This document shows, piece after piece, positions 19,012 through 29,606 of a DNA stretch of 64,000 bases. Origin of the DNA: Myxococcota bacterium. GTDB lineage: Bacteria; Myxococcota_A; UBA796; SXON01. A program made the position numbers and the translations under genes. The notes beneath the pieces are model-generated. The model had not been told where the DNA came from. It made no database searches and was given only the letters and a program-made list of their open reading frames with translations. The stretch's first letter is position 1. Every line of letters starts with the position of its first letter. The stretch spans positions 64,001-128,000 of the forward strand of contig JAZKFH010000017.1 of assembly GCA_040386535.1 (NCBI GenBank). Direction: 5' to 3'.

Positions 19012-20381
19012 CAGGAGCCCACGGCGAGGAGGGTGCGGAGCATCTCGTCGCCCACCGACAACACGCGGGCCGCGGCGCGGTAGGCGGTCTGGAACTCGAT
19101 GAGCTTGATGGCCTCCTCGTCGGTGTCGACGGAGGCGAGCGAGTCGCGCATGGCGTCGACGTCGGCGAGCTGCTCGTCGAGGGTGGTCGCGTCGGTCTCG
19201 GCGGTCGACACGTCCGAGCCCACCTGGCTCGAGAGCGCCGCGAGGGCGGAGGCGGCGGTGCGTGTGCCTCCGTCGTAGAGGGCCGCGGACTCCATGGCCA
19301 GGAACGCGACGAGGTTGTCGCCGTCGCCCGGCGAGGCGGTCGCGGCGCCGGCGAGGGCCAGGGCGTCGGGATCGGCGAGGGCCGCGGACACGCCGAACGA
19401 GGCGGCGGGGTCGGCGGCGGTGAAGGTGAACACGTCGCCGCCCGGGTTGCCGGCGCGGTCGAAGCCGGCGGCGTGTTGGGCGTTGACCGTGCTGGCGAGG
19501 GTCGTGGCGAACTCGTCGAGGTCGGCCAGCCAGCCCTCGACCGTCGCGCGGGCCGAGAGCGCCCCGCCGATGGCACCGCCCGCCTCGCTGGTGACGCGCA
19601 AGGCGCCGGAGCCCGCGGACACGAGCAGCTCGGGGGTGGCGCCGCTGGTGTCGAGGCGCAGCGTGCGTGCTTCGTTGCCGCTCACGACGGCGTGGCCGCC
19701 CACGAGCACGGTGGCCTGGCCGTCGGCGTCGAAGTCGACGGTGGCGCCGACCTCCTCGCCGAGCTCGCGGACCAGCTGGTCGCGGCGATCGAGAAGGTCA
19801 CCCGGGCCGAGGTCGGCGCCGAGGCGGCCGATGGCCTTGTTCAGCGAGGCGACCTCGCCCAGCTTCGCGTTGACGCCCTCGAGGCGCGACGCCATGGACG
19901 CGTCGAGGTCGTCGAGATCGCCCTGGAGGCCGTTGCCGATGCGCGCGATCGTGGCGGCCAACGTAGATGCGGCCGCGACGGTGGCGCGCCGACCGCCGGT
20001 GTCCGACGGATCGGTGGTGAGCGCGGAGAGGCTGTCGAAGAGCGCGTCGGTGGCGTCGGAGAGCGTGGTGCCGGCGTCGAAGTGGCCCTCGGCGTTCGCG
20101 AGGGCGGTGTGGACGGCGGCGGCCTCGGACGCGGTGCCGGAGGCGGCCACGAGCCGCACGCCGAGGAGGCGGTCGGTGGCGCGGGCGATGCCGTTGATGG
20201 CCGGCCCGCCGCCCATGAACAGGCCGCGGCGCACCACCGGGTCGGTCGTGGTCTGCACCACCTTGCGGCGCGAGTACCCGATCGTGTTGACGTTCGAGAT
20301 GTTCTGGCTCGTGACGTCGATGCCCGCGGAGGCGGCGGCGAGGCCGCGACGCCCCGTGGAGATGGCGTCCATGAGGCCCAT
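19011..20381 (-). CDS. flgK: Hook-associated protein FlgK
   Basis: VTSQNISNVNTIGYSR, DLLDRRDQL and VDTDEEA..LIEFQTAY motifs. Confidence 0.95.
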   Translation of the reverse strand: MGLMDAISTGRRGLAAASAGIDVTSQNISNVNTIGYSRRKVVQTTTDPVVRRGLFMGGGPAINGIARATDRLLGVRLVAASGTASEAAAVHTALANAEGHFDAGTTLSDATDALFDSLSALTTDPSDTGGRRATVAAASTLAATIARIGNGLQGDLDDLDASMASRLEGVNAKLGEVASLNKAIGRLGADLGPGDLLDRRDQLVRELGEEVGATVDFDADGQATVLVGGHAVVSGNEARTLRLDTSGATPELLVSAGSGALRVTSEAGGAIGGALSARATVEGWLADLDEFATTLASTVNAQHAAGFDRAGNPGGDVFTFTAADPAASFGVSAALADPDALALAGAATASPGDGDNLVAFLAMESAALYDGGTRTAASALAALSSQVGSDVSTAETDATTLDEQLADVDAMRDSLASVDTDEEAIKLIEFQTAYRAAARVLSVGDEMLRTLLAVGS

Positions 20382-20695
20382 CAGACGCCCCGCATCTGGC
20401 CGCGGCGGCCGTAGGTGCGCGGGCCCGCGTCGGGGAGCACACGGTCGAGCACGTTGAGCACCGTGGCGCCGCACGCGTGCACGCGCACGTCGATCGCGCG
20501 GATGCGCTTCGCGACGCCGGCGGCGTGTTCGCGCGTGCCCGCGTCGAGGGCCGCGAGCGGCGTGCGGGAGAGCTCGACCTGGAGCTGGCGGCGCGCCTCG
20601 GTCGCGGCCACGAGGGCCGACGGATCGACACGGCGGGCCGCGTCGAGCTGGGCCTCCGCCGTCGCGAGCCAACGATCGAAGCGCTCCTTGGACAC
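20381..20695 (-). CDS. flgN: Putative FlgN-like chaperone
   Basis: Position between flgM and flgK; C-terminal TYGRRG motif. Confidence 0.55.
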   Translation of the reverse strand: MSKERFDRWLATAEAQLDAARRVDPSALVAATEARRQLQVELSRTPLAALDAGTREHAAGVAKRIRAIDVRVHACGATVLNVLDRVLPDAGPRTYGRRGQMRGV

Positions 20696-20982
20696 TACAG
20701 CTGCCCGAGCAGCGCGTTGACGGCGCGATCGAGGTCCTCGGGGGTGCCGAGGCGGCCCTCGGCGATCTCGCGCCGCATGTCTTCGACCACGCCAGGACGG
20801 ATGTCACCGTTCACGCCGTGCGCGGCCGCCTGCTGACGGAGCGAAGAGACCATCGAGCCGGCCTGGGAGAAGCGGCTGGCGTCCGGGTCCGAACCAAACG
20901 GGGTCGGCCGGGACTGGGACGACAGCGCGGGCCGCGGCATGTGCAGGACGGAGGCGGCGGGGAGGCGGGCGAGGACCTTCAT
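20695..20982 (-). CDS. flgM: Putative anti-sigma28 factor FlgM
   Basis: DIRPGVVEDMRREIAEG matches the FlgM C-terminal motif; synteny. Confidence 0.65.
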   Translation of the reverse strand: MKVLARLPAASVLHMPRPALSSQSRPTPFGSDPDASRFSQAGSMVSSLRQQAAAHGVNGDIRPGVVEDMRREIAEGRLGTPEDLDRAVNALLGQL

Positions 20983-21743
20983 GGGGAGTGCTCCTTCGAC
21001 GGGTCTCTGTCCGTACCGCGAGGCCCGGCGGCGCCAGAGCTTGTCAGCAGTTTCGTTACCTCTGGTGTCGGATCGACGTCGCGCCCCGCATTTCGCAACT
21101 CGAAGTGCACGTGCGGCCCGGTCGCGCGGCCGGTGGCCCCCACCGTGGCGATGACGCTGCCCTCGCGCACCACGTCGCCCTCGCGCACCTCGAGCGCGGC
21201 GCAGTGGGCGTAGCGGGTCTCCGTGCCGTCGCCGTGGTCGAGCACGACCACGTTGCCGTAGCCGCCACGGGTGCCCGCGAAGCGGACCAGTCCGTCGCGC
21301 GGCGCGTGCAGCGGCGTGCCGAGGGGCGCGGCGATGTCGATGCCGGCATGGTGACGCAGATCGCCGTCGATTGGATCGCGGCGGGTGCCATAGGCGCTGG
21401 TGACACGTCCCAATTCGAGCATTGGATGGTGGTCCGCGGACGCGGCGTTGCGGTTCTGATCCGTCTCCGGGCCCCGCTGCCCCATCGCCTCGCGCAGCTC
21501 GTCCGCGAGCCCGATCCCAGGCCCCCCGGCGACGATCTTGCCAATCTCTTCCTCGAAGAAGCTCGAGAAGGTCTCGGCCCCCTCCCCCGACAACAGGCCC
21601 TTCCCGAGCGCCTCGTGCGCGAGAAAGCCCACGAACCAGGCCTCGAAGCCCTCGGCGGCCTTGTCGATGCTGGTGCGCTCGGGGGGCGGGGCGGCGACGT
21701 GCGAAGCCGGAGACGCGATGCTGGCAGGGGTGTCGATCCGCAT
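20979..21743 (-). CDS. flgJ: FlgJ-like rod-binding domain fused to an M23 peptidase
   Basis: KAAEGFEAWF..GIGLAD rod-binding motif; HAGIDIA, YGN.V, YAH and TGPHVHFE M23 motifs. Confidence 0.85.
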   Translation of the reverse strand: MRIDTPASIASPASHVAAPPPERTSIDKAAEGFEAWFVGFLAHEALGKGLLSGEGAETFSSFFEEEIGKIVAGGPGIGLADELREAMGQRGPETDQNRNAASADHHPMLELGRVTSAYGTRRDPIDGDLRHHAGIDIAAPLGTPLHAPRDGLVRFAGTRGGYGNVVVLDHGDGTETRYAHCAALEVREGDVVREGSVIATVGATGRATGPHVHFELRNAGRDVDPTPEVTKLLTSSGAAGPRGTDRDPSKEHSP

Positions 21744-22826
21744 CTACATCGCCACGATCTCGGCCTGGAGGCCGCCGGCGGCGTGCATCGCCTGGAGGAT
21801 CACGATGAGATCACGCGGGGACACACCCATCCGATCGAGCGCGCCAACGACCTCGCCGACGGTCACGCCCTCGATCATCTCGATGCGGCCGGCCTTCTCG
21901 TCGACCGTCATCGTGTTGTTTGCGACCACCGCGGTCTGCCCGTTGGAGAGCGGCCCAGGTTGGCTGACCGAGGCCTGGTGGTCGACCTGGATGGTGAGGC
22001 CGCCGTGCGCGACCGCGACCGGACGGACGGTGATGTCCGCGCCCATCACCACGGTGCCGGTGCGCTCGTTGACGACGACGCGCGCGGCCTGATCGATCAC
22101 GACCTGCACGGACTCGACCGCCGCGATGAGCTCGGCCTGGCGCCCGAGGTAGCCGTCCGGCACCGCCACGCGGATGGTGCCGCCGTCGATGGCGGCGGCG
22201 TACTCTCCGCCGAGCTTGCCGTTCACGGCCACCGCCACGCGGGTCGAGTTGGTGAAGTCGGGCGTGGCGAGCACCCAATCGAAGCTCACGGCCTGGCCCA
22301 CGTCGAGCGTGTTGGGGATCTCCATCTCGACCGTGGCCCCGCTCGGCACGAGGCCGACCGTGGGGTGGTTCTTGGTCGCGGAGGAGCCGCCCGCGGACGC
22401 CGAGTAGCCGCCGACCACGATCGCGCCCTGCGCGGCCGCCATCGCCATCCCGTTGGCCGCGTAGAGCGGCGTGAGCAGCAGCACGCCGCCCTCGATGGAG
22501 CGCGCATCCCCCACGCTGGAGACCTGCACGTCGAGCGGGCTGCCGGGGCGCACACCCGCGGGCAGGCGCGCCGTGACCATCACGACCGCGACGTTGCGGG
22601 CCTTGATGTCGTCCTCGAGCATCGTCATGCCGAGTCCCTTCAGCCGGTTGGCGAGCGCCCGCACGGCCGCGGCGTTCTGCGCCGAGTCGCCGGAGCGGTT
22701 GAGCCCCACGACCAGCCCGTAGCCGACCAGCGGGTTCGTGCGCACGCCGTAGAGCGCCGCCACGTCCTTGACCCGCGCGGCTTCGGCCGGGGTCGCGAGG
22801 CAGAACAGGAGCGCCAGGAGGGTCAT
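21744..22826 (-). CDS. flgI: Flagellar P-ring protein FlgI
   Basis: RVKD, LVGYGLVVGL, NVAVVMVTA and ARVVVNERTGTVV motifs. Confidence 0.97.
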   Translation of the reverse strand: MTLLALLFCLATPAEAARVKDVAALYGVRTNPLVGYGLVVGLNRSGDSAQNAAAVRALANRLKGLGMTMLEDDIKARNVAVVMVTARLPAGVRPGSPLDVQVSSVGDARSIEGGVLLLTPLYAANGMAMAAAQGAIVVGGYSASAGGSSATKNHPTVGLVPSGATVEMEIPNTLDVGQAVSFDWVLATPDFTNSTRVAVAVNGKLGGEYAAAIDGGTIRVAVPDGYLGRQAELIAAVESVQVVIDQAARVVVNERTGTVVMGADITVRPVAVAHGGLTIQVDHQASVSQPGPLSNGQTAVVANNTMTVDEKAGRIEMIEGVTVGEVVGALDRMGVSPRDLIVILQAMHAAGGLQAEIVAM

Positions 22827-22833
22827 GTCGCTT

Positions 22834-22860
22834 CTTTCGGACGCTCTCGTTGGGACTTGA
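22834..22860 (-). promoter_or_regulatory. Sigma28-like promoter of the flgI operon
   Basis: TCAA(G)-N15-TCCGAAAG, ending 7 nt before the ATG. Confidence 0.6.
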
Positions 22861-22936
22861 GGGGAAAGTTGTCGGGGGGCATGCGGGCGGGTGGGCGAGC
22901 GGCACCGTGCTAAACGGAGTGCCCTCGGGAGGCCGC

Positions 22937-23818
<882 letters not shown>

Positions 23819-24424
23819 GGGGCCGTCGGACGCCCGCGAACGCGGGTGGGCGGGTGAGCTCCGCGGCGGCATGGTCCCGACGTGGTCGCGGGATCGTCCC
23901 GGGTGATCGCCGATGTTGGCCGCCACGCGGTCACGGAGGCGATCCACCGGTCGAAGGACCGTTGGGGAAAGGGGAACCCGGATGGCCGCCACGCTCTTCC
24001 TCGGTCGTTCGGCTTGGTTCCTGCGCCAAGGGCGCGGAGGGCAGCCGCCGCTGGCGGCTGGTCCGGCCGGGCGGACGGGAACTCTCAACAAGGGTCCCGA
24101 TGCCACTTCGCCCGGCCGACCAAGCGGCTCCGCCGCGCGCCCGGAGCCGACCTGTCCCCCCCTCACGCCTCGCTTTGCGCTCGGCTCCGGGGGCGGGCTG
24201 CGGGGCCTACCCGGCTCGCCGCCGGGTGCGCTCGCAGTGCCGTACGATCCTCGGTCGCCCTGACGGGCAGCCGAGGCTTTCGCCCCCCTTCGGGTCGCGC
24301 CGGCCCCTCCGCGACGGCTGCGCCGTCCGTCCGCGCGGGGGCGCCCGCACGGCTACGCGGGTGCGGATGCCGAGGAGGTGGCACGGCGTCCCCCGACCGA
24401 ACCCGTGACACGTTGCGCCCCTGT

Positions 24425-25261
24425 TCAGCGCCCGCCCCCTCGCCGTTTGCTCTCGGCCACTCGCCCGCCGGCGTGGGCACCGTCCGCCCCCCGACTGCGG
24501 CGGAGCAGCACCAGCGGCGCGAGGAGGAGCCCGAGGCCTCCCGTGAACGCCCCGCCCGTGGAGCAACCGCACGGCGGTACCTTCACGCAGTCCGGCGCGG
24601 ACCAGTCCGTCGCGACGCCGACGCCGTCGATCTGGCGCACCTGGAGGCACACCTCGCCGGGGTCGTCGACGTCCGTCCATGTGAGCAAACGCGCGGCCGC
24701 TCCGGACGTGGGGGCGACGAATGCGTCGATGGCGAGGTCGCCGTTGGCGTCCTTGACCTGGAGGACCGAGAGGGCGTCGGGGTCGGTCGCCGGGGCCGCC
24801 TGGATGGTCACTTCGAGGGTCGAGGGCCACCCCCCACGCCACGGGGTGAACCGGGCGCTCTCGAGCGTCAGGGTGGGCGCGCCCGTGAGGCCCGCGACGG
24901 TGTGGGTGCCGGTGGTGAACCCGAAGCTCAGCGCCTCGCCGAGCTCGGGGACCAGGGCGAACGTGTAGGCGGTGTCGGGCTCCAACGGCGCGTCGGGGAA
25001 CAGCTCCAGCAGATGGGTCTGGCCGAGGGCGATGTCGTCGGCAGACGCGACGCCGACCTCGGCTCCGTCCGACACGCCGACCAGCGACGCCGACCAGGCG
25101 CCCGGCTGGCCGCACGTGCTGCCGAAGGTGATGGCGGGACGGAGGTCGACCGGCACGTCCTCCGCGCCGGGCGAAGGGACCATGCCGGTGACCCCGAGGC
25201 CCGCTCCGCAGACGATGCCCCGGGTGTACGCGTGCGTGGTGGCGACGAAGTACAGGAACAT
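24425..25261 (-). CDS. Exported Ig-like-domain protein with a MYXO-CTERM-like sorting signal
   Basis: PSPGAEDVP and PDAPLEPDTAYT (Big_5-like); tail CGCSTGGAFTGGLGLLLAPLVLLRRSR. Confidence 0.7.
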   Translation of the reverse strand: MFLYFVATTHAYTRGIVCGAGLGVTGMVPSPGAEDVPVDLRPAITFGSTCGQPGAWSASLVGVSDGAEVGVASADDIALGQTHLLELFPDAPLEPDTAYTFALVPELGEALSFGFTTGTHTVAGLTGAPTLTLESARFTPWRGGWPSTLEVTIQAAPATDPDALSVLQVKDANGDLAIDAFVAPTSGAAARLLTWTDVDDPGEVCLQVRQIDGVGVATDWSAPDCVKVPPCGCSTGGAFTGGLGLLLAPLVLLRRSRGADGAHAGGRVAESKRRGGGR

Positions 25262-25329
25262 CGTATCTCTCTGCCAGCTTAAGCGAGTTCGAACGAGACC
25301 GCCGCCTCCGCGGCTGGCTACGTGGGCGC

Positions 25330-26055
25330 ATGCCGCCGCTCCCGCCCGAGCTCGCGCCCTACGCGCCGCTCCTCCCCATCCTCGCCGCGATCGTGCTCCC
25401 CCCTGCCGGCGGCCTCGTCGTCGGCGGCGTGGTGCGGGGCCTCGGCCTCGACGACGTCGCGCTCCCCGGCCTGCCGCGGTTCCGCTGGTCGCTGGCGGCG
25501 GGCGCGTGGACGTTCCTGCTCGCGGTGTGCGCCGTGGTCGGCGTGTACGCCGGCGGGGCCCAGGACGTCGTCGACGACGCAGTGGAGTTGCTCGTGCGCG
25601 TCGGCGCCGCTGGCTGCTGTCTGTTCGTGGGGGCTTGGGCGTCGGTGGCCCGGGAGGGCGTGAGCGACCGTGAGAGTCGGCGCGGCGCCACGGCCGGGGT
25701 GACAAACCCGCTCCTCGGCCTGGCGATCGGCGGCGTGGCGGCGCTCGTGGTGCTCGTTGGAGCCGGCGGCGCCGTGCTCCTGGTGGGGGGCGTGCTCGTC
25801 GTGCTCGGGGTCGTGGCGCTCCACGGCGGCGAATTCGGCGAGGTGCTGCGCGACGCGCTCCGTGACATCGCCGCCGGAATCGAGCTGCGCGCGCGCGCAG
25901 CCCCGGGGACCGAGGTGCACGTGGACGGCCGTGTGTCCATGATCGCCGCGCGGTCGGGGCTCCTCAGTACGCGGCTCGGGGACGGGCAGGAGCGGAACAA
26001 TCGGCACGTGCTCGCGGGGTTGGCCGTGCCAGTGGTCAAGGACGAGGTGGGCTGA
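25330..26055 (+). CDS. Membrane protein, degenerate MscS-like
   Basis: Several TM helices followed by DALRDIAAGIEL..GTEVHVDG..GLLSTRL..NN. Confidence 0.55.
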   Translation: MPPLPPELAPYAPLLPILAAIVLPPAGGLVVGGVVRGLGLDDVALPGLPRFRWSLAAGAWTFLLAVCAVVGVYAGGAQDVVDDAVELLVRVGAAGCCLFVGAWASVAREGVSDRESRRGATAGVTNPLLGLAIGGVAALVVLVGAGGAVLLVGGVLVVLGVVALHGGEFGEVLRDALRDIAAGIELRARAAPGTEVHVDGRVSMIAARSGLLSTRLGDGQERNNRHVLAGLAVPVVKDEVG

Positions 26056-26062
26056 GCTCCGG

Positions 26063-26112
26063 GGCCGCGGTCGGCGCCTCGCCGGGCACCGCGGCCCGCG
26101 TCGGTCGCCCAA
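26063..26112. repeat. 49/50-bp palindromic dispersed repeat, copy 2
   Basis: Direct repeat of 10044-10092. Confidence 0.9.
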
Positions 26113-26249
26113 ACGGAAATCTCATGACGACGGCTGCGCCCGGGCCTTCGCGTGGCGGACCCTGCGGCGGCGGCGCGAGGGGCGGCGGCGGGAGGAGGCG
26201 GCGGCGGGAGGAGGCGGCGGCGCGAGCGGCGGCCCGAGCGGCGGCGGCG

Positions 26250-26476
26250 GCCCGAGCGGCCAAGAGTCGGGGGCCCTGCCGGTAGGGGGTGGCACTCTTG
26301 GCCGGTTTTCTGTGATTGCGAAGGGGTCTGGCGCCCGCGTGGGACCCGCCGGGCGGCACGCCCGGGCAATTGCTGGCGTTCACCCGTTCGGGAGGCCGGA
26401 CGGGAGGTGGAGACCCTCTGCCCGAGCGGCCAAGAGTAGGGGGCCCTGCCGGCAGGGGGTGGCACTCTTGGCCGGT
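26250..26476. repeat. Twin long-hairpin element B (57-bp direct repeats at 26250-26306 and 26420-26476)
   Basis: 55/57 identity; each copy is a hairpin ggccaagagt...actcttggcc with inner ccctgccggYaggg. Confidence 0.9.
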
Positions 26477-26587
26477 ACGCAGCGCGAGGAGTTCCAGTGG
26501 AGAGGCGGAGGCTGGTGAGGGGTCCGCCACCGGCCCTGTTCCTCCAAATCGTAGGCGAACGCCGGGCGGCACCCGCCGCCGCGGATC

Positions 26588-27090
26588 TCAATCCGTCGGC
26601 GTCCGCTTCCGGTCGGCCGCCCGCTTTGCTTTCTTGGTGTCCTCGCTCCGGTCCGGCTGCGCATGGAATTCCACGCCGGGGAGCCCGTCCATGTCCGCGT
26701 CCGTCGTGACCAGCCGCGCACCGCAGAGCGTCGCGGTGGCGTAGATCAGTGCGTCGCAAGCCGCGAGCCCGTGCCGCACCGCAAACACGGCCGCCTCCAG
26801 CGCGAGAGGTCCGTCGGCGGGAACGCAAACGCCCCGACGGAGAAGTGCGGCGTAGGCGGCGGCTCGGTCCTCGTCCGTGTGGCGAAGCGCCCACCGGTGA
26901 ACCTCGCGGCGTAGGCGGCGGCTCGGTCCTCGTCCGTGTGGCGAAGCGCCCACCGGTAAACCTCGAACTCGACAACCGCAGGCACGATCACGTCCTCCAT
27001 CCGAGCGAGGTGGGGAGCGACAGCGTCCGCCAGCGGCTCGTCCGCGAACCAGGCGATCCAGGCACCCGTATCGAGCACGACCCGACTCAA
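26588..27090 (-). pseudogene. vapC: VapC/PIN toxin frameshifted by a 59-bp tandem duplication
   Basis: VVLDTGAWI..EFEV in one frame and DALIYATA..LVTTD in another; removing one 59-bp copy restores a 147-aa ORF. Confidence 0.85.
26847..26964. repeat. 59-bp tandem duplication (26847-26905 and 26906-26964)
   Basis: Copies differ at one base (ggtgaacc versus ggtaaacc). Confidence 0.95.
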
Positions 27091-27290
27091 CGCTCGTGGT
27101 CTCGGTAGTCGTCCGTGGGCGCACCGCGCGCAGTGCCGCGCAGATCCGCCGCGTCGACCACGGGGACGAGGAGCATCACGCGCCCTCGGGCAACGGCATC
27201 GAACTGCTGACCCGCCTTCCAACCGAGACGATCCCGCAGCTCCGCGGGGATCTGCACCGTGCCCTGCTCCGTCATTCGGACCGCGCGCAA
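27087..27290 (-). CDS. AbrB/MazE/SpoVT-family antitoxin
   Basis: MTEQGTVQIPAELRDRLGWKAGQ motif; TTG start with GAGGTG SD; overlaps the vapC start. Confidence 0.85.
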   Translation of the reverse strand: MRAVRMTEQGTVQIPAELRDRLGWKAGQQFDAVARGRVMLLVPVVDAADLRGTARGAPTDDYRDHER

Positions 27291-27339
27291 CGGAACACCT
27301 CGGAGAGGATCATAGCCCCGGAGCCCCCTCCCGGCCCCC

Positions 27340-28068
27340 TCACCCCCCCGGCAACCGCTCCACCACGTCCGCCGCCGCACCCGACTCGTCCACGCGCACG
27401 CGCAGCGTCACGGTGCGCAGCTGCGGGTCGATCTCCGCGCCCACGGTGGCCGACGCGGTGACGTGATCGGTCGTGAGGCCGCGCTTGACGAGGTAGCGGG
27501 CCGTCGTGAGGGAGCGTGCGCTCGCGAGCTCCCAATTGTCCGCCCACTTGCCGCCGGGCGCCACGGGGGCCGCGTCGGCACGGCCGATCACCTCGATCGT
27601 GGCGGGGGCGCCCTGGAGGGCGCCTACGATCTGCGCGAGGACGGCGTAGGCGGTGGGGTGCAGCTCGGCGCTGCCGGGCGCGAAGAGGAGGCGCTCGGGC
27701 AAGACGAGGGTGAGCGTCTGCTCGTGCAGGCCAACCTGGACGACGTTGTCGGACAGGGAGCCGAGGAGGTTCTGCTTGATCGAGTAGAGCAGGGGCGAGG
27801 CCGCCTCCTGCGCGATCGTGGCGGGGGGGCGCTCGGGGAGGTCGGGCGGATCGGGGTCGGGGCTCATCACGTCCATCAGCGCGGTCGACATGCCGCCCTC
27901 GAACGCGGCGTTCATACCGGCGATGACCTCGACGAGCTTGGTCTGGTCGGTCTGGGCGGTGGCGTACAGCACGGTGAAGAAGGCGAAGAGCAACGTGATG
28001 AAGTCGGCGTAGGAGACCAGCCAACGCTCGTGGTTCTCGTGCTCCTCGTGCCGGACCTTGCGGCTCAT
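27340..28068 (-). CDS. motB: Flagellar stator MotB
   Basis: WLVSYADFITLLFAFF with conserved Asp; OmpA-like LFAPGSA and NWELASAR motifs. Confidence 0.93.
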   Translation of the reverse strand: MSRKVRHEEHENHERWLVSYADFITLLFAFFTVLYATAQTDQTKLVEVIAGMNAAFEGGMSTALMDVMSPDPDPPDLPERPPATIAQEAASPLLYSIKQNLLGSLSDNVVQVGLHEQTLTLVLPERLLFAPGSAELHPTAYAVLAQIVGALQGAPATIEVIGRADAAPVAPGGKWADNWELASARSLTTARYLVKRGLTTDHVTASATVGAEIDPQLRTVTLRVRVDESGAAADVVERLPGG

Positions 28069-28859
28069 GCGGCCGCCGCCACGGGCTTGGCGCTCTTGTC
28101 GGCGGAGGCGTCCGCCTTGGCGTGGTGGTAGGGCGCAAGGCGCTCGCCGATCTGGCGTGCGTTCGAGCCGGTCACGATGGCGGCGAGGCCGGTGAGGACC
28201 ATGGCGCGGTCCTCGGCCTCGGCCTGGACGATCTTCTTGAGGCGGGTGCCGAGGGGCAGGAAGAGCAGGTTTGCGAAGCCGACGCCGTAGATGGTGGCGA
28301 CGAAGGCCACGGCGATGCCGGTGCCGAGCTTGCTCGGGTCGGTGAGGTTCTGCATGACGTGGATGAGGCCGAGCACGGCGCCGATGATGCCGATGGTCGG
28401 CGCGAAGCCGCCGGCGGTCTCGAGCAGCTTGGCGGCGGCGCAGGCGTGGTGCTCTTCCAAATCGGCCTCGAGCTCGAGCATGAGCTGGACGTCCTGGCCG
28501 GGGGTGCCGTCCACGAGCATCTGGAGGCCGCGGCGCAACGTGGCGTCGTGCACCTCGCTGAGCTGGCCCTCGACCGCGAGCATGCCCTCCCTGCGTACGA
28601 CACTCGCGACGCGGAGCAGGTCCTCGGTGGTGCGCGCGCGGTCGGCCAGGCCCGGGAACACGATGCGCTTCATCAGGCGCGCGAGGGTCTTGACCTCGGT
28701 GGGGGTCGCGGCGAGCCAGGTGGCGCCGACGGTGCCGCCGAACACGATGAGCGCGGCGGTGGGCTGGACGAGGGAGGACAGATGCCCGCCCTCCAGCGAG
28801 TTGCCGCCGAGGATGCACACCAGCGAAAGGACGATGGCGAAGACGCCGGTGAGATCCAT
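28065..28859 (-). CDS. motA: Flagellar stator MotA
   Basis: RREGMLAVE, GGFAPTIGIIGAVLGLI and AFVATIYG motifs. Confidence 0.96.
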   Translation of the reverse strand: MDLTGVFAIVLSLVCILGGNSLEGGHLSSLVQPTAALIVFGGTVGATWLAATPTEVKTLARLMKRIVFPGLADRARTTEDLLRVASVVRREGMLAVEGQLSEVHDATLRRGLQMLVDGTPGQDVQLMLELEADLEEHHACAAAKLLETAGGFAPTIGIIGAVLGLIHVMQNLTDPSKLGTGIAVAFVATIYGVGFANLLFLPLGTRLKKIVQAEAEDRAMVLTGLAAIVTGSNARQIGERLAPYHHAKADASADKSAKPVAAAA

Positions 28860-28925
28860 GGGAGGCTCCTGCGCAACGAGACGCTGGGTCGAAGACGTGC
28901 CGAGAAACTTGCTAAATCAACACGT

Positions 28926-29606
28926 TCAGAACGGCCACACCATGTCGGCCACGCGCGTGCCCCAACCGGGCCCCTGCTTGTCCGCGAGCACGCCCGCGCC
29001 GGTGAACTCGATGCGCGCCTCGGCGATGAGGTCGGACTGGATGGTGTTGTCGACGAGGATGTCACGCGGGCGCACGATGCCTTCGAGCGTGAGGTACTGC
29101 GTCTCGCGGTTGACACGCACCTGCTTGGTGCCACGGATGCGCAGGTTGCCGTTCGACATCACCTCCATCACCTGGCAGGTGACGGTGGCGGCGAGCGTTC
29201 CCTGCCGCGACGTGCTGCCTGAGCCGGTCATGGAGGACTCGGAGGAGCCGCCGATCTCGATCTTGCCGCCCATGTTGGGGTTGGCGGCGGTGATGCTCGT
29301 CTCCAGCCCGAGCAGCGCGGAGATGCCGCTGGTGGAGCTCGAATTGCGCCCGGTGTTGGTGTCGGCGCCGAGCGTCGTGGAGGAGTTGTCCTGCACGTTG
29401 ACCGTGATGAGGTCGCCGATGCGGCGGGCGTTGCCGTCCATGCCGACCAGGGCGCGGGCCTCGGTCTCGCTCCACAACGAGCCGGGCGGGCTGGTCACGT
29501 GCCGCGGGGAGACCGCGTTGACGGCGGGGGGCGCGACGGAGGAGACCGCGTCGAGGTGGGCGCAGGCCAGGAGCGGAAGAAACAGCACGAGCAGAGGACG
29601 GCGCAT
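28926..29606 (-). CDS. flgH: Flagellar L-ring lipoprotein FlgH
   Basis: LLAC lipobox; GSLW, ARRIGDLITV, NGNL.I.G.K and GIVRPRDI motifs. Confidence 0.95.
   Translation of the reverse strand: MRRPLLVLFLPLLACAHLDAVSSVAPPAVNAVSPRHVTSPPGSLWSETEARALVGMDGNARRIGDLITVNVQDNSSTTLGADTNTGRNSSSTSGISALLGLETSITAANPNMGGKIEIGGSSESSMTGSGSTSRQGTLAATVTCQVMEVMSNGNLRIRGTKQVRVNRETQYLTLEGIVRPRDILVDNTIQSDLIAEARIEFTGAGVLADKQGPGWGTRVADMVWPF

Noticed and set aside
26165..26250. GGC/GGA-rich tract as coding sequence or G-quadruplex
   Set aside because: Low complexity with no supported ORF; function cannot be inferred
26250..26476. Repeat-spacer-repeat as a CRISPR array
   Set aside because: Only two 57-bp repeats with a 113-bp spacer, and no cas genes in the window
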